A stretch of 32,168 bases of DNA from Campylobacterota bacterium. GTDB taxonomy: Bacteria; Campylobacterota; Campylobacteria; Campylobacterales; Sulfurovaceae. Positions 9,048-18,848 of this stretch are shown here, in pieces; the first letter of the stretch is position 1, and each line of letters begins with the position of its first letter. The translations under genes and the position numbers were made by a program. The DNA lies in NCBI GenBank assembly GCA_034722955.1, contig JAYEOM010000114.1, positions 1 to 32,168 of the forward strand, given 5' to 3'. The notes beneath the pieces were generated by a model. It was not told the origin of the DNA, did no database searches, and worked only from the letters and a program-made list of their open reading frames with translations.

Positions 9048-10418
9048 ATGAAACTCTCACTTGAAGAGATACTGAGGCAAGATAGTGGCAAAAAGATCCT
9101 CTTTTTGGGCAGAGAAGAGTTCTTTAGTCATGAAGAGTCTCAGAGTTTTTTAAAAAGATTTGATAAAGTACTGACGACTAGATTTGATGAAGATGTAGTG
9201 GCTGTAGTAGAGCACCATCGCCTCAATCCTGTAGAAGAGGATATCTCATATCTAGCCTATGATCAAAAGATCCCACTCTATAGGCTTGACGAGTTTGAAC
9301 GGTTGATGAGTCACTCTATCGAAGAGAACAGTGTGCTGATGAGTCTCAAGCTCAGCAGTGATCAAAAGCGGATCTACAGACTCATCAACAATACTCATAT
9401 CAGTGATCTACTCTTCATCAAACTGTTAGAGATATATCAATGGTCAGAGGATGAGGAGGATAACAACGAAGATAGAGGGGTAGTGATGGCTACACTGCGT
9501 CGTTTTCTAAACTACAAATCCAGCGAAGAGGATCTGCTCTACTCCTCTTTGACACTCAGGAGACTGATAGGGGAGACTACAAATCCGACTCTACTCAAAG
9601 CTCTGCTCACTTTCCCAAATTATCGTTTTATGCAAAAGAATAAACAGTCGATAAGCCTCAGAGAGGTGATCGCTGCAAATCCATATATAGATGCAGATAG
9701 TATCCAGAAGATGCTCCGTTACCGTGACGATAAAATACTCTTCTATTTAGCAGCAAACTCTTCTGTCTCATTGGCACTGCTCAAGCAGTTGTCTAACAAA
9801 AATCTGACAGAGATCAACAGAGCACTCTCTTCCAATACCACCATAGATGATGAACTCTTTGCTAAATTGCTAAGCGAAGAGGAGGGGGTAGGGCAGAGAC
9901 TTTTGGCTTATCAACCCATCACTGTCGCACGCTTTGATATGATCAAGGAGCGAGGATTGTCTGCTGAGATATATGCTATACTAGGAGAAAATCTCCATCT
10001 TGATATAGAGGTTTCAAAACAGTTACTCAAAGAGGAGAATGCTCTTTTGAGGGAACAACTCGCTCTCAATCCATCTATGAGCAGTGATATCTTGACAAAA
10101 ATATATGAGATAGGAGATGAGACTCTCTACCCTATGCTCTCTACCAACCCATCAACACCGACTGCTATCCTGACAGATCTCTACAGTAACTATAGAGATG
10201 ATCCCTCCACTCTATCTTCATTGTCATACAACAGCTCAACACCCATATATATACTAAAGGAGCTATTTGATATGGATAGTTTCGAGATCAACAAAGGGTT
10301 AGCCTCAAACCCATCACTCCCACTAGAACTCCTAAACGCACTAAAGATAGATACAAGACTGCGAAATGCCCTAACAAGCAATAAAACTTTGACAGATAGC
10401 ATGACTAGGAAATTATAG
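9048..10418 (+). CDS. Hypothetical protein with C-terminal leucine-rich-repeat-variant-like helical repeats
   Basis: Roughly 24-aa repeats: IAANPYID, LAANSSVS, LSSNTTID, LALNPSMS, LSTNPSTP, LSYNSSTP, LASNPSLP. Confidence 0.7.
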   Translation: MKLSLEEILRQDSGKKILFLGREEFFSHEESQSFLKRFDKVLTTRFDEDVVAVVEHHRLNPVEEDISYLAYDQKIPLYRLDEFERLMSHSIEENSVLMSLKLSSDQKRIYRLINNTHISDLLFIKLLEIYQWSEDEEDNNEDRGVVMATLRRFLNYKSSEEDLLYSSLTLRRLIGETTNPTLLKALLTFPNYRFMQKNKQSISLREVIAANPYIDADSIQKMLRYRDDKILFYLAANSSVSLALLKQLSNKNLTEINRALSSNTTIDDELFAKLLSEEEGVGQRLLAYQPITVARFDMIKERGLSAEIYAILGENLHLDIEVSKQLLKEENALLREQLALNPSMSSDILTKIYEIGDETLYPMLSTNPSTPTAILTDLYSNYRDDPSTLSSLSYNSSTPIYILKELFDMDSFEINKGLASNPSLPLELLNALKIDTRLRNALTSNKTLTDSMTRKL

Positions 10419-10467
10419 CTGTAGAGAAGTTTATGATATAATAAGGCTACCCCAAGGATAAAGCAGA

Positions 10468-12021
10468 ATGGGAAACCTTACTATGAAACTAAAAAAACTA
10501 CCAATAGGCATACAGACATTTAAGATTATAAGAGAAGAAGATTATATCTACATAGACAAAACCAAAGAGGCACTAGAGCTGATAGAGAACTATAAATACA
10601 CCTTTCTCTCTCGTCCAAGAAGATTTGGTAAATCTCTCTTCTTGGATACCCTGCACAATATCTTTGAGGGTAAAAAGGAGCTATTTGAAGGGCTTTATAT
10701 CTATGATAAGTGGGATTTTGATACTACCTATCCTGTGATAAAAATATCTTGGGATGGAAATCTACAAACAACCAATAATCTTGAAAGAGTAGCTTATGAT
10801 ATGCTTCAAGAAAATCAAAGAAGACTAAACATAGAGTGTATTGATGATGAAAATCTATCCATGTGCTTTTTGCAACTCATTCGTGATACTTACAAAAAGT
10901 ATAATCAAAGAGTAGTGATTTTAATAGATGAGTATGATAGACCTATTTTAGATACAATTGATAACCTTGAACAATCAAAACTTAATAGAGAGTTTATCAA
11001 GGGGATGTACTCAGTGATGAAAGGGGCTGATGCTTATATCAAGTTTGTTTTTCTTACAGGCGTGAGTAAATTCTCTAAAGCATCTATATTTTCTGGGCTT
11101 AATATGCTTGAAGATATTAGCCTTACTCCAAAGTTTGGCAATATTTGTGGATACACCCAAGCCAATGTAGAAAATGAGTTTTTGCCTTATCTTGATGGTG
11201 TAGATCTGGAAAAGGTAAAAGAGTGGTACAATGGATATAACTTTTTAAAAGATGATGTATACAACCCATTTGATCTACTGAAATTTATCAAAAATGATTA
11301 CAAATATTCAAACTACTGGTTTGCATCAGGTACACCCACATTCCTAATCAAACTTATAGAAAAATCAAACTATTTCTTGCCAAAGCTCTCTAGCTTAGAG
11401 GTGGGCGAAGAGATTTTAAATAGCTTTGATATAGAGAATATTAATCTTGAAGTGATACTCTATCAAGCAGGGTATTTGACTATTGATGAGATGATAGAGA
11501 AAAGAAGAGGTGGGATAGGGTACAAACTGAAACTTCCAAATATGGAAGTCAAAAACTCTCTTAATGATGTATTGATAGATTTTCTAACCAATCAAACTAG
11601 CGAAAAAAACATCTATCAAGACAAACTATATGATGCTCTAATAGATAATGATTTAGAGCTTTTGAAAACTTCTCTTATCTCTATGTTTGCTTCAATCCCA
11701 CATCATAACTACACAAACAACCGTATTCAAGACTATGAGGGGTTTTACGCTTCTGTGGTTTATGTCTATCTACAATCTCTAGGACTTGATATCATCGGCG
11801 AAGATGTGACTAATCTTGGTAGAATTGACCTTACTATTAGAATTGAAAATTTAATTTATATCATAGAGTTTAAAGTGGGTAATGAGAATGCCCTAAAGCA
11901 GATAAAAGATAAAAATTATGCTCAAAAATATCTAAGTGAGGGGAAAGATATTTATTTGGTGGGGATTAATTTTGATAAGGTGGAGAAGAATTTGAGTGGG
12001 TTTGAGTGGGAGAGGGTATAA
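10468..12021 (+). CDS. AAA-like ATPase fused to a C-terminal PD-(D/E)XK nuclease domain
   Basis: LPIGIQTF, RPRRFGKS (Walker A), LIDEYD (Walker B), LTGVSKF, WYNGY, GRIDL...IIEFK. Confidence 0.9.
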   Translation: MGNLTMKLKKLPIGIQTFKIIREEDYIYIDKTKEALELIENYKYTFLSRPRRFGKSLFLDTLHNIFEGKKELFEGLYIYDKWDFDTTYPVIKISWDGNLQTTNNLERVAYDMLQENQRRLNIECIDDENLSMCFLQLIRDTYKKYNQRVVILIDEYDRPILDTIDNLEQSKLNREFIKGMYSVMKGADAYIKFVFLTGVSKFSKASIFSGLNMLEDISLTPKFGNICGYTQANVENEFLPYLDGVDLEKVKEWYNGYNFLKDDVYNPFDLLKFIKNDYKYSNYWFASGTPTFLIKLIEKSNYFLPKLSSLEVGEEILNSFDIENINLEVILYQAGYLTIDEMIEKRRGGIGYKLKLPNMEVKNSLNDVLIDFLTNQTSEKNIYQDKLYDALIDNDLELLKTSLISMFASIPHHNYTNNRIQDYEGFYASVVYVYLQSLGLDIIGEDVTNLGRIDLTIRIENLIYIIEFKVGNENALKQIKDKNYAQKYLSEGKDIYLVGINFDKVEKNLSGFEWERV

Positions 12022-12022
12022 A

Positions 12023-12046
12023 AATGCCCTGATAGATTAGGGCATT
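12023..12046. terminator. Hairpin between convergent genes, probable terminator
   Basis: AATGCCCT-N8-AGGGCATT between the AAA gene and sppA stop codons. Confidence 0.6.
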
Positions 12047-12055
12047 GTAAACCTC

Positions 12056-12907
12056 CTACAGTGAAGCCTTCAAGCCATAAAAATAACTCTGTAACTGTAC
12101 CACTGCCTTGGAGGCGAATTTATCCATAAAAGAGTCTAGTTTGTCTTTCTTTTTCCAGACTGGCTTATCTATTTTGGTTAAGACTTGCAGCTCTAGTTTT
12201 GCTCTGGTTTTGGTGCCTATCATATCGATGAGACCAACCTCTTTGGCTCTGTTAGCAGCAAATATATGTGCATCGGCATAGGTTTTTGAGTTGTTGATAT
12301 CCAATCCTCTAGCAGTAGCTACATCTTTTACAAAGAGCATATATGTATCTTTTGTGAGCTGTTCTAGCTCTGCTCTCTCTTGCGGTGTCCATTTTCGCAT
12401 TGGGGTGCCAGCTTGTTTGTAGGCACCCTGTTGGACTACTTGAGGTTTTATACCTATCTTATCCATCAGCTCTTTGATATTGGCACTCTCCATTATCACA
12501 CCTATAGAGCCGATGATAGCACCGGGATTGGCCACTATCTTGTCCGCATAGATGGCACTGTAGTAGCTTCCACTAGCCATAATACCGGCAGCATAAGCTA
12601 TCACAGGTTTATGTTTTTTGAGTGCTTTGATGGCATAAGATATCTCTATAGAGGGAGCGACAGCCCCACCAGGGGAGTTGACTGTGAGTAGAACGCCTCT
12701 TATTTTAGTATCTTTTTGTGCTTTTTCGATCTCTTTGATGATAGTATCACTATCGAGTATAGGTCCGCTAAGCTTGATCTCCTGCAGATTAGCTGGGTTG
12801 ATTGGTGCTTGATCGGGCATAAACACAACTACTGCGATGAGTAGAAACAACATCCCCAAGAAGTGCTTGCCGATCCATTGTATCATTTGTCCTATTGCGT
12901 GAAACAT
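12056..12907 (-). CDS. sppA: Signal peptide peptidase SppA (S49), short form
   Basis: N-terminal TM segment, VNSPGG, MASGSY, GSIGV, GAYKQAG. Confidence 0.92.
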   Translation of the reverse strand: MFHAIGQMIQWIGKHFLGMLFLLIAVVVFMPDQAPINPANLQEIKLSGPILDSDTIIKEIEKAQKDTKIRGVLLTVNSPGGAVAPSIEISYAIKALKKHKPVIAYAAGIMASGSYYSAIYADKIVANPGAIIGSIGVIMESANIKELMDKIGIKPQVVQQGAYKQAGTPMRKWTPQERAELEQLTKDTYMLFVKDVATARGLDINNSKTYADAHIFAANRAKEVGLIDMIGTKTRAKLELQVLTKIDKPVWKKKDKLDSFMDKFASKAVVQLQSYFYGLKASL

Positions 12908-12995
12908 ACTATTGAATCTCCTTTTTATTGTGTATTATACACTATTATAATAGGAAATCTTCAATAATAATATAAGCAATTTTCAACAATATGAT

Positions 12996-13223
12996 CTATT
13001 GACCATATTTTCTATATATATAGTCAGCCAACTGAGTTGACTCCTCATCACTCATCACACCTTTGAGAGATGGCATAAGACCGAAGTCTTTGATGGCTTT
13101 TTTCCCATAGAGGGATTTTCTCTTATCCGGCTCATCGATATAATCTTTCACAAAAGCTACAAATCCCTCTTTTGTTTTTGTCTCAGTTTTTAGTTTATTG
13201 ATCACATCTTTGGCATTAGGTGA
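12996..13223 (-). pseudogene. 3' remnant of a class I c-type cytochrome
   Basis: SPNAKDVINKLK...FVAFVKDYIDEP...FGLMPSLKG...LADYIY resembles the distal-Met half of a cytochrome c; no CxxCH, signal peptide or RBS; in-frame stop at 13230-13232. Confidence 0.65.
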
Positions 13224-13265
13224 ATTATATCATAAAATTATCATTATTATTATTAAAATAAATAC

Positions 13266-14513
13266 TTATCCCTTTATTCCATCTGCTCTAGGTGTCACTA
13301 AAAATTTAAAAAACAGTTTGATATAGAGCATGAATGGTATAGTCCAAACTATGGCTGACCAGAGATATAGTTGAGCTGAGTACTCCTCATAAAAAGGTAT
13401 CAACCCTCTCATAAGTGTAGCAACTATGATCAAGATCACCATCAGGTGTGTGTAGATATTGGATGTTAAGTGCCGTCCTGTATGTATCCAGCCGATGATG
13501 ATCATGATCATCAGATAGGCAAGTCCCAATCCACCACTAGTGATAAAGTGTCTAAAGTGGCTTATACCGTAGATGTTATCATTGAGTATATCCCAACCCA
13601 TCAAAGCATATCCGGCAGATAACATGAAAAAGATAGAAGCTAGGTAGATCACATATGGTTGATTTAAGATGTTTTTATCCTCCAATATATAATCACCTGT
13701 AATCGCTAGGATAGATGCTCCCGCTGCCAATCCCAACCACCCAAGTGCTGAATTTGCAGGGTAGAAGAACTCAACAGCAGTAAATACAGTCACTGCAAAT
13801 AGAGCGAGATTTGTCAAAGGTGGTTTTGCTATATAGATATCATCTATCTCTTTGTCCTCCATAAGTTCATTGACTGCTTCCATATTGACCCGTCTCATAG
13901 CGAGCAGTATCAAAACGACTATAGCCCCAAGTGCAACTTTCAGGATACTCATAGAGTCTGTTGCCGCATAGCCCAGTTTTGAGGCAAAGAACCAAACTTC
14001 AATACCAAATATAGCTACAAGAACATACCCTAAGCTAGCATGTCTCTGAAGTTTATCCAAAACTACATCCCTAGCAAACCAGATGAGCCAACCCAACATG
14101 GCTAGATTGAAAATAGCAGTGAGATAGATCCCTGTCACATCGATAAGCCAAAAACTCACACGACCCGCAACCCACAAAACCATAATCCACCACAATCTAC
14201 GACCTATGAATGGAACCATACCGGGAAATAGCTCAGGCAGTCCTGTCGTCAAAAATGCTATAACACCAGCTGTCAATATCCCAAATAACATCTCATAGAT
14301 ATGCCAAGTGAGTGTATCATCCATAAATGGTATAGTGATAATCCCACTCCAAACCAGCCCCCACAATACCATAGATAGTATCATATAGGGAGCTAGGAGT
14401 AGAAATACCGGTCTAAAGCCATAAGCCAAAAATGCTGGTACATTTTTCTCATCAGGGTAGTAGAGGTAGTGGTTTGTAGCATGTAGATTTTGCTCTTTGA
14501 TCTCTTCCATCAC
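13266..14513 (-). CDS. nnrS: NnrS family membrane protein
   Basis: FLAYGFRPVFLL, WHIYEMLFG, FLTTGLPE, LWVAGR, IHTGR, PRADG; about 12 hydrophobic segments. Confidence 0.88.
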   Translation of the reverse strand: MMEEIKEQNLHATNHYLYYPDEKNVPAFLAYGFRPVFLLLAPYMILSMVLWGLVWSGIITIPFMDDTLTWHIYEMLFGILTAGVIAFLTTGLPELFPGMVPFIGRRLWWIMVLWVAGRVSFWLIDVTGIYLTAIFNLAMLGWLIWFARDVVLDKLQRHASLGYVLVAIFGIEVWFFASKLGYAATDSMSILKVALGAIVVLILLAMRRVNMEAVNELMEDKEIDDIYIAKPPLTNLALFAVTVFTAVEFFYPANSALGWLGLAAGASILAITGDYILEDKNILNQPYVIYLASIFFMLSAGYALMGWDILNDNIYGISHFRHFITSGGLGLAYLMIMIIIGWIHTGRHLTSNIYTHLMVILIIVATLMRGLIPFYEEYSAQLYLWSAIVWTIPFMLYIKLFFKFLVTPRADGIKG

Positions 14514-15247
14514 TTTAACTCCAGTTCAAATGTCTCGATGATCTCTATATCTTGCAGTATCTTTGCAGTCTGATCATATATAAATTTATCATCTCTTTGT
14601 GTTTGTGGCAAGCCGTAGTTGAATTTTTTTACGATATGTCCTGGATCTGCCTTGAGTAGCAAAACTTCATCACTCAGACGAATAGCCTCCATGAGATCAT
14701 GGGTGATAAAGAGTATAGAGATCTCTCTCCTGTCGATCATATTTATTAATATAGTTTGCAACTCTTTTTTGAGTCCTATATCCAATGCAGAGAATGGCTC
14801 ATCGAGAAAGAGTAGAGATGGCTTCACGACCAGTGCTCTGGCAAAACTCACCCGCTGTTTCATCCCGCCACTCAGATCTTTGGGAAACTTCTCAAAGTCA
14901 TCCTCCTCTAGTCCAAAAACCAGTGCTATCTCTTTGGATTGCTCTATGGCAGATCTCTTGTTGACCCCTTTTGCCAGGAGTCCAAGGGCGATATTGTCTA
15001 TGACATTTTTCCATGGTAGAAGTCTATCCTCTTGAAAAGCAAAAGAGCTGCTTGCAAAGCTGTTCTCTACTGACCCCTCTTCGACATCAAGCAGCCCTGC
15101 ACATAGATGCAGCAGAGTAGTTTTACCCCCTCCGCTGGGGCCTACGATACTGAGTACTTCTCCTCTCTCTACAGTAAAGTTGATATCTCTCAATATCTCT
15201 GTAAATCCAAAATGATGATTTAGATTTGAAACTTTTAATCTCTCCAT
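14510..15247 (-). CDS. ABC transporter ATP-binding protein (NitT/TauT type)
   Basis: GPSGGGKTT, RLLPWKNV, LSGGMKQR, LFLDEPFSALD, ITHD. Confidence 0.93.
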   Translation of the reverse strand: MERLKVSNLNHHFGFTEILRDINFTVERGEVLSIVGPSGGGKTTLLHLCAGLLDVEEGSVENSFASSSFAFQEDRLLPWKNVIDNIALGLLAKGVNKRSAIEQSKEIALVFGLEEDDFEKFPKDLSGGMKQRVSFARALVVKPSLLFLDEPFSALDIGLKKELQTILINMIDRREISILFITHDLMEAIRLSDEVLLLKADPGHIVKKFNYGLPQTQRDDKFIYDQTAKILQDIEIIETFELELK

Positions 15248-16017
15248 AGTTCAACCTCTCTCTTGATGGGTTCTAAAACAATATACTCTATAAACATCAA
15301 AGAGCCGATCATGATAACTACCAGAGCCAATGCAGTCGGTGTATCCAACTGACTTCTAGCTACAGCAAGTGATGCACCTATGCCATCGCTGGTAGCCAAG
15401 AGCTCAGCCATCACTACGATCTTCCACGCCATACCTAGACCACCAACCCATGCAGGGAAAACATAAGAGAATATATGTGGAAAATAGACATCGACAAACT
15501 TCATGTGCCATGGAAGATTAAAGCTATCAGCCATCTCTTTGAGATTGTCTTCTAGTGTGCGTGTCCCCTGCAGTGCTCCGACGAAGATGATGGGAAAAGA
15601 GGCAACTATCACTGTAAATATAACCGTCTCATCACCCATCCCAAACCATATCATCGCCAATACTATCCAAGCGATCGGAGGCATACCGACCAAAATAGTC
15701 ACAATAGGACGACTCATCATAGAGGCTGTAGCAAAAAACCCAGCGATCAGTCCGAGAAGAGTCCCCAATACCAGAGATAGTGCGAAACCTATAGATGCCC
15801 GATAAAGTGTGATATGGATCTGCTCCCAGACTGCATCATCATGAAGCATGGCATAGAGGGTCTTAAAGGTCTCCAGAGGTGAGGGGAGAACCAGATCACC
15901 ATAGATCTGATTTCCTACATCCCAGCATGCCACAAAGAGGAGGATGGAGGCGATAGCTCCCCATCCGCTCCAGAGATATGCAGGGAAATCCTTTAGAATT
16001 TTTAGTATAAATTTCAT
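15235..16017 (-). CDS. ABC transporter permease (NitT/TauT type)
   Basis: LPSP, PPIAWIVLAMIWFG, LKEMADSF, AWKIVVMAELL, DGIG. Confidence 0.92.
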   Translation of the reverse strand: MKFILKILKDFPAYLWSGWGAIASILLFVACWDVGNQIYGDLVLPSPLETFKTLYAMLHDDAVWEQIHITLYRASIGFALSLVLGTLLGLIAGFFATASMMSRPIVTILVGMPPIAWIVLAMIWFGMGDETVIFTVIVASFPIIFVGALQGTRTLEDNLKEMADSFNLPWHMKFVDVYFPHIFSYVFPAWVGGLGMAWKIVVMAELLATSDGIGASLAVARSQLDTPTALALVVIMIGSLMFIEYIVLEPIKREVELWRD

Positions 16018-17000
16018 CTGTAGTAAAACCCTTCATCCGGAAGTTTTCCACCGATTGTTTTGGGGTTGTTGGATTTCAAAACATCGTAGAAGAACTCCAA
16101 ATCCTTCTGTGCATCTTTGGCAGAGACTACATCGAGTTGTGTATGAGCGATACTGTCTGCTACCCCCTCTGCATCAAGCATAGGTATGGTTTTGACCACC
16201 AACTCTCCAGCCTCTTTGGGGTTGGCTTTGTACCACGCTAAAGATTTTGCATACTCTTCGTTAAATCTATGAATGATATGTCTGTTCTTGATCATATCAC
16301 CGATCACCGCCATACCCGCCTCGGGAATCTTGCCCTCAACCCTGAATGTTTCTCCCCACTCCTCTTGCAAGTCGGGACCTCTATATAGATCTGGAGCTAC
16401 TATCTTGAGTGGATAAGATCCTGTTTTGCGTAGTGCTATAGAGGTAGCAGGTTCAGCCAGCAGTGCATGATCAACCCTACGAAGTATCAGCATCTGCATA
16501 GCATCGATAGGGGAGGAGAGGTATCGAAGCTTAAAATCTTTTTTGGGATCCAGCCCTTGTCTCTTGACTATCTCTTCAAAGATGATATCTGGCATATCGG
16601 CACGAAATGGCATAGCTATCTCACACCCCACAAAATCTTTGAGTCTTTTTTTTGTTTTGTCTCGTGTGAGTATGTTGAGTATCCCCCATATAGAGACATC
16701 GAGTAGTTTCAGATCTATGCCTCTGTTGTATAGGTTTGCGGCTACATTGGTAGGAACGGCTATGAAGTCAGCTCTACCTCTCAAAGTATAGGCTCTCAAC
16801 TCATCTGGATTTTTCCAGACTTTGAACTCAACCTTTTGGGCTACATCACTCAATGCACCAGTCTCTATCATATGTATGAGAGGGTGAGATACTGAAGAGA
16901 TCGGTCCACTCAGGACGAGCTTTTCTACCTTTTTGATCTCTTGAGCATTGATATTGAGTGCCAACAGCATAGATAGAGCAGATAGTAATATTTTAAACAT
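16014..17000 (-). CDS. ABC transporter substrate-binding protein (NitT/TauT type)
   Basis: Signal peptide MFKILLSALSMLLALNINA; start moved to ATG 17000 because of the AAAGGA RBS; PTNVAANLYN, LLAEP, IGGKLPD. Confidence 0.88.
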   Translation of the reverse strand: MFKILLSALSMLLALNINAQEIKKVEKLVLSGPISSVSHPLIHMIETGALSDVAQKVEFKVWKNPDELRAYTLRGRADFIAVPTNVAANLYNRGIDLKLLDVSIWGILNILTRDKTKKRLKDFVGCEIAMPFRADMPDIIFEEIVKRQGLDPKKDFKLRYLSSPIDAMQMLILRRVDHALLAEPATSIALRKTGSYPLKIVAPDLYRGPDLQEEWGETFRVEGKIPEAGMAVIGDMIKNRHIIHRFNEEYAKSLAWYKANPKEAGELVVKTIPMLDAEGVADSIAHTQLDVVSAKDAQKDLEFFYDVLKSNNPKTIGGKLPDEGFYYR

Positions 17001-17018
17001 CTTAATTCCTTTCAATTT

Positions 17019-17085
17019 TGATAATAGTTATCGTAATACTATAGGAAGTCTCCTTAAAGTTTTATTACTTTAATAATTATTATCA
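17019..17085. promoter_or_regulatory. Two Fur-family boxes upstream of the ABC-nnrS operon
   Basis: TGATAATAGTTATCG (17019-17033) and TAATAATTATTATCA (17071-17085) fit the 7-1-7 TGATAATnATTATCA consensus and flank a minus-strand TATAGT at 17038-17043. Confidence 0.7.
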
Positions 17086-17099
17086 ATATAAGTTTTATT

Positions 17100-17261
17100 G
17101 AGTATCTAGGTGAGTGGAAAGATTTTGCACACTCTATCAAGGAGATCCATGAGTTTGTGGCTTGGAGTGTAGTTATATTTGTTCCAGTTCATATAGCAGG
17201 AGTTGTTATAGCAGACAATACAGAGCAAAAAGGGATCATATCCAAGATGATTTCAGGGTAG
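17100..17261 (+). pseudogene. 3' remnant of a cytochrome b (b561/Ni-hydrogenase CYTB-like) gene
   Basis: Manual translation EYLGEWKDFAHSIKEIHEFVAWSVVIFVPVHIAGVVIADNTEQKGIISKMISG*; His pair 13 residues apart across a TM helix; no start codon after the stop at 17055-17057. Confidence 0.7.
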
Positions 17262-17284
17262 GGTAGATGATCATCTCAAGAGTA

Positions 17285-18121
17285 TCACATCTCTCTCTTG
17301 AGTTCCTCTAATCTCTCTATACGGTCTTCTGTGCTAGGGTGTGTGCTAAAGAGTGTTCTTAGGCTGTTTTGCACGCCTAGGAATGGATTGATGATAAACA
17401 TATGAGCTGTTTGCGGATCGGCATCATGTATAACTCCTTGTCTGGCATAGTTATCTAGCTTGGAGAGTCCTCTTTGGAGCCACTCTGGATGTCCTGTCAT
17501 CCTAGCTGCACCCTCATCAGCCATATACTCACGGCTTCTACTCACTGTCATCTGTATGATAGAGGCAGCCATAGGCATAATGATCATCATACCTATCATT
17601 ACGATAGGATTTGGACGGTCTCTATCTCCACCAAAAAACATACCAAAATTTGCCAACATAGCGATAGCACCTGCTAGAGAAGCAGCTATGGTACCTATGA
17701 GCATATCGTAGTGTTTGATGTGGCTAAGCTCATGTGCTATAACACCCTCTACCTCCTCATCATCGAGCAGATCCAAAAGTCCCTCAGTAACTGCGACTGC
17801 TGCATGGTCATAGTCTCTACCTGTAGCAAAGGCATTTGGAATACTGTCGGGTATGATATATATCTGTGGCATAGGCAGACCTGCTCTTTGTGTCAATCTC
17901 TCTACTATCTCATATAGACCAGATGCCGATCTCCTATCTACAGGTATAGCATTGTAGTGTTTGAGTACTTGCTGGTCACTATAGTAGTAGGCATAAAAAT
18001 TCATCCCACCTGCTGCTAAAAATGCTATCACCATCCCAGTCTGACCAGCTATCAAGCCACCAAACCATATCAGTACCAAAGTAAGTCCTATCATCAGGGC
18101 ATAAGTTTTAAACTGCTCCAT
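17285..18121 (-). CDS. htpX: Zinc metalloprotease HtpX (M48)
   Basis: [32 protein letters not shown]. Confidence 0.95.
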   Translation of the reverse strand: MEQFKTYALMIGLTLVLIWFGGLIAGQTGMVIAFLAAGGMNFYAYYYSDQQVLKHYNAIPVDRRSASGLYEIVERLTQRAGLPMPQIYIIPDSIPNAFATGRDYDHAAVAVTEGLLDLLDDEEVEGVIAHELSHIKHYDMLIGTIAASLAGAIAMLANFGMFFGGDRDRPNPIVMIGMMIIMPMAASIIQMTVSRSREYMADEGAARMTGHPEWLQRGLSKLDNYARQGVIHDADPQTAHMFIINPFLGVQNSLRTLFSTHPSTEDRIERLEELKREM

Positions 18122-18234
18122 TCTCTCTCCTAGCTTTTCTATAAATCAAGGGATGATATATCAATATCGTAAATGGATGGTAAATACAAAATAGTATTTA
18201 AAATACTATGGTATACCATTTATAGCCTTTTAGG

Positions 18235-18240
18235 TATAAT
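18235..18240 (+). promoter_or_regulatory. -10 box for the greA-argC operon
   Basis: TATAAT immediately upstream of the hairpin element. Confidence 0.55.
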
Positions 18241-18249
18241 AACATATAA

Positions 18250-18323
18250 ACCCGAATTATGCAATAGAGATTACTAAACTAACATCTATCGCTATTTTAG
18301 CAACTCTATTGCATAATTCGGGT
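18250..18323. mobile_element. MITE-like 74-bp element with 20-bp perfect terminal inverted repeats, flanked by TAA direct repeats
   Basis: ACCCGAATTATGCAATAGAG...CTCTATTGCATAATTCGGGT; TAA at 18247-18249 and 18324-18326; partial second copy at 2850-2882. Confidence 0.6.
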
Positions 18324-18344
18324 TAAAAACAAAAGGACTCCACC

Positions 18345-18830
18345 GTGCAAAAAGAACCAATGTTGCGAGTGACATTTGAAAGATTATCGATAGAGCTCTC
18401 TGGGCTCAAAAATGAAGAGAGGGGCAAGATAGCAAAGGTGATAGATGAGGCTAGAGAGTTGGGTGATCTCAAAGAGAATGCAGAGTATCACGCTGCCAAA
18501 GATAAGCAGGGTCTGATGGAGGCTCGTATCAATGAGTTGGGTGATTTGGTTGGAAGAGCACAAGTTGTTGACCCATCCAAGCTGCTCCATGAGCGGATCA
18601 GTTTTGGATCTACTGTTACTTTGGTAGATGCTGCTACAGAAGAGGGGATCACATATACTATCGTAGGTAGTCAAGAGTCCTATCCGGAGAGAGGATTGAT
18701 CTCTATACAGTCGCCTCTGGCTAGACAGCTTTTGGGCAAAGAGGAGGGTGATGAAGTCACTGTAGTGTTACCCTCAGGAAAGAAGAAGTATGATATCGAA
18801 GAGGTAAACTATATAGAGATTGTCCTCTAG
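18345..18830 (+). CDS. greA: Transcription elongation factor GreA
   Basis: GDLKENAEYHAAK, FGSTV, ISIQSPLARQLLGK; GTG start with AAAGGA RBS. Confidence 0.96.
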   Translation: MQKEPMLRVTFERLSIELSGLKNEERGKIAKVIDEARELGDLKENAEYHAAKDKQGLMEARINELGDLVGRAQVVDPSKLLHERISFGSTVTLVDAATEEGITYTIVGSQESYPERGLISIQSPLARQLLGKEEGDEVTVVLPSGKKKYDIEEVNYIEIVL

Positions 18831-18848
18831 ACACAACAAGGATTGAAT

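Noticed and set aside
13234..13256. Fur-box-like ATTATCATTATTATTATTA downstream of nnrS
   Set aside because: Low-complexity AT tract with no intact gene to regulate; noted only as a junction feature.
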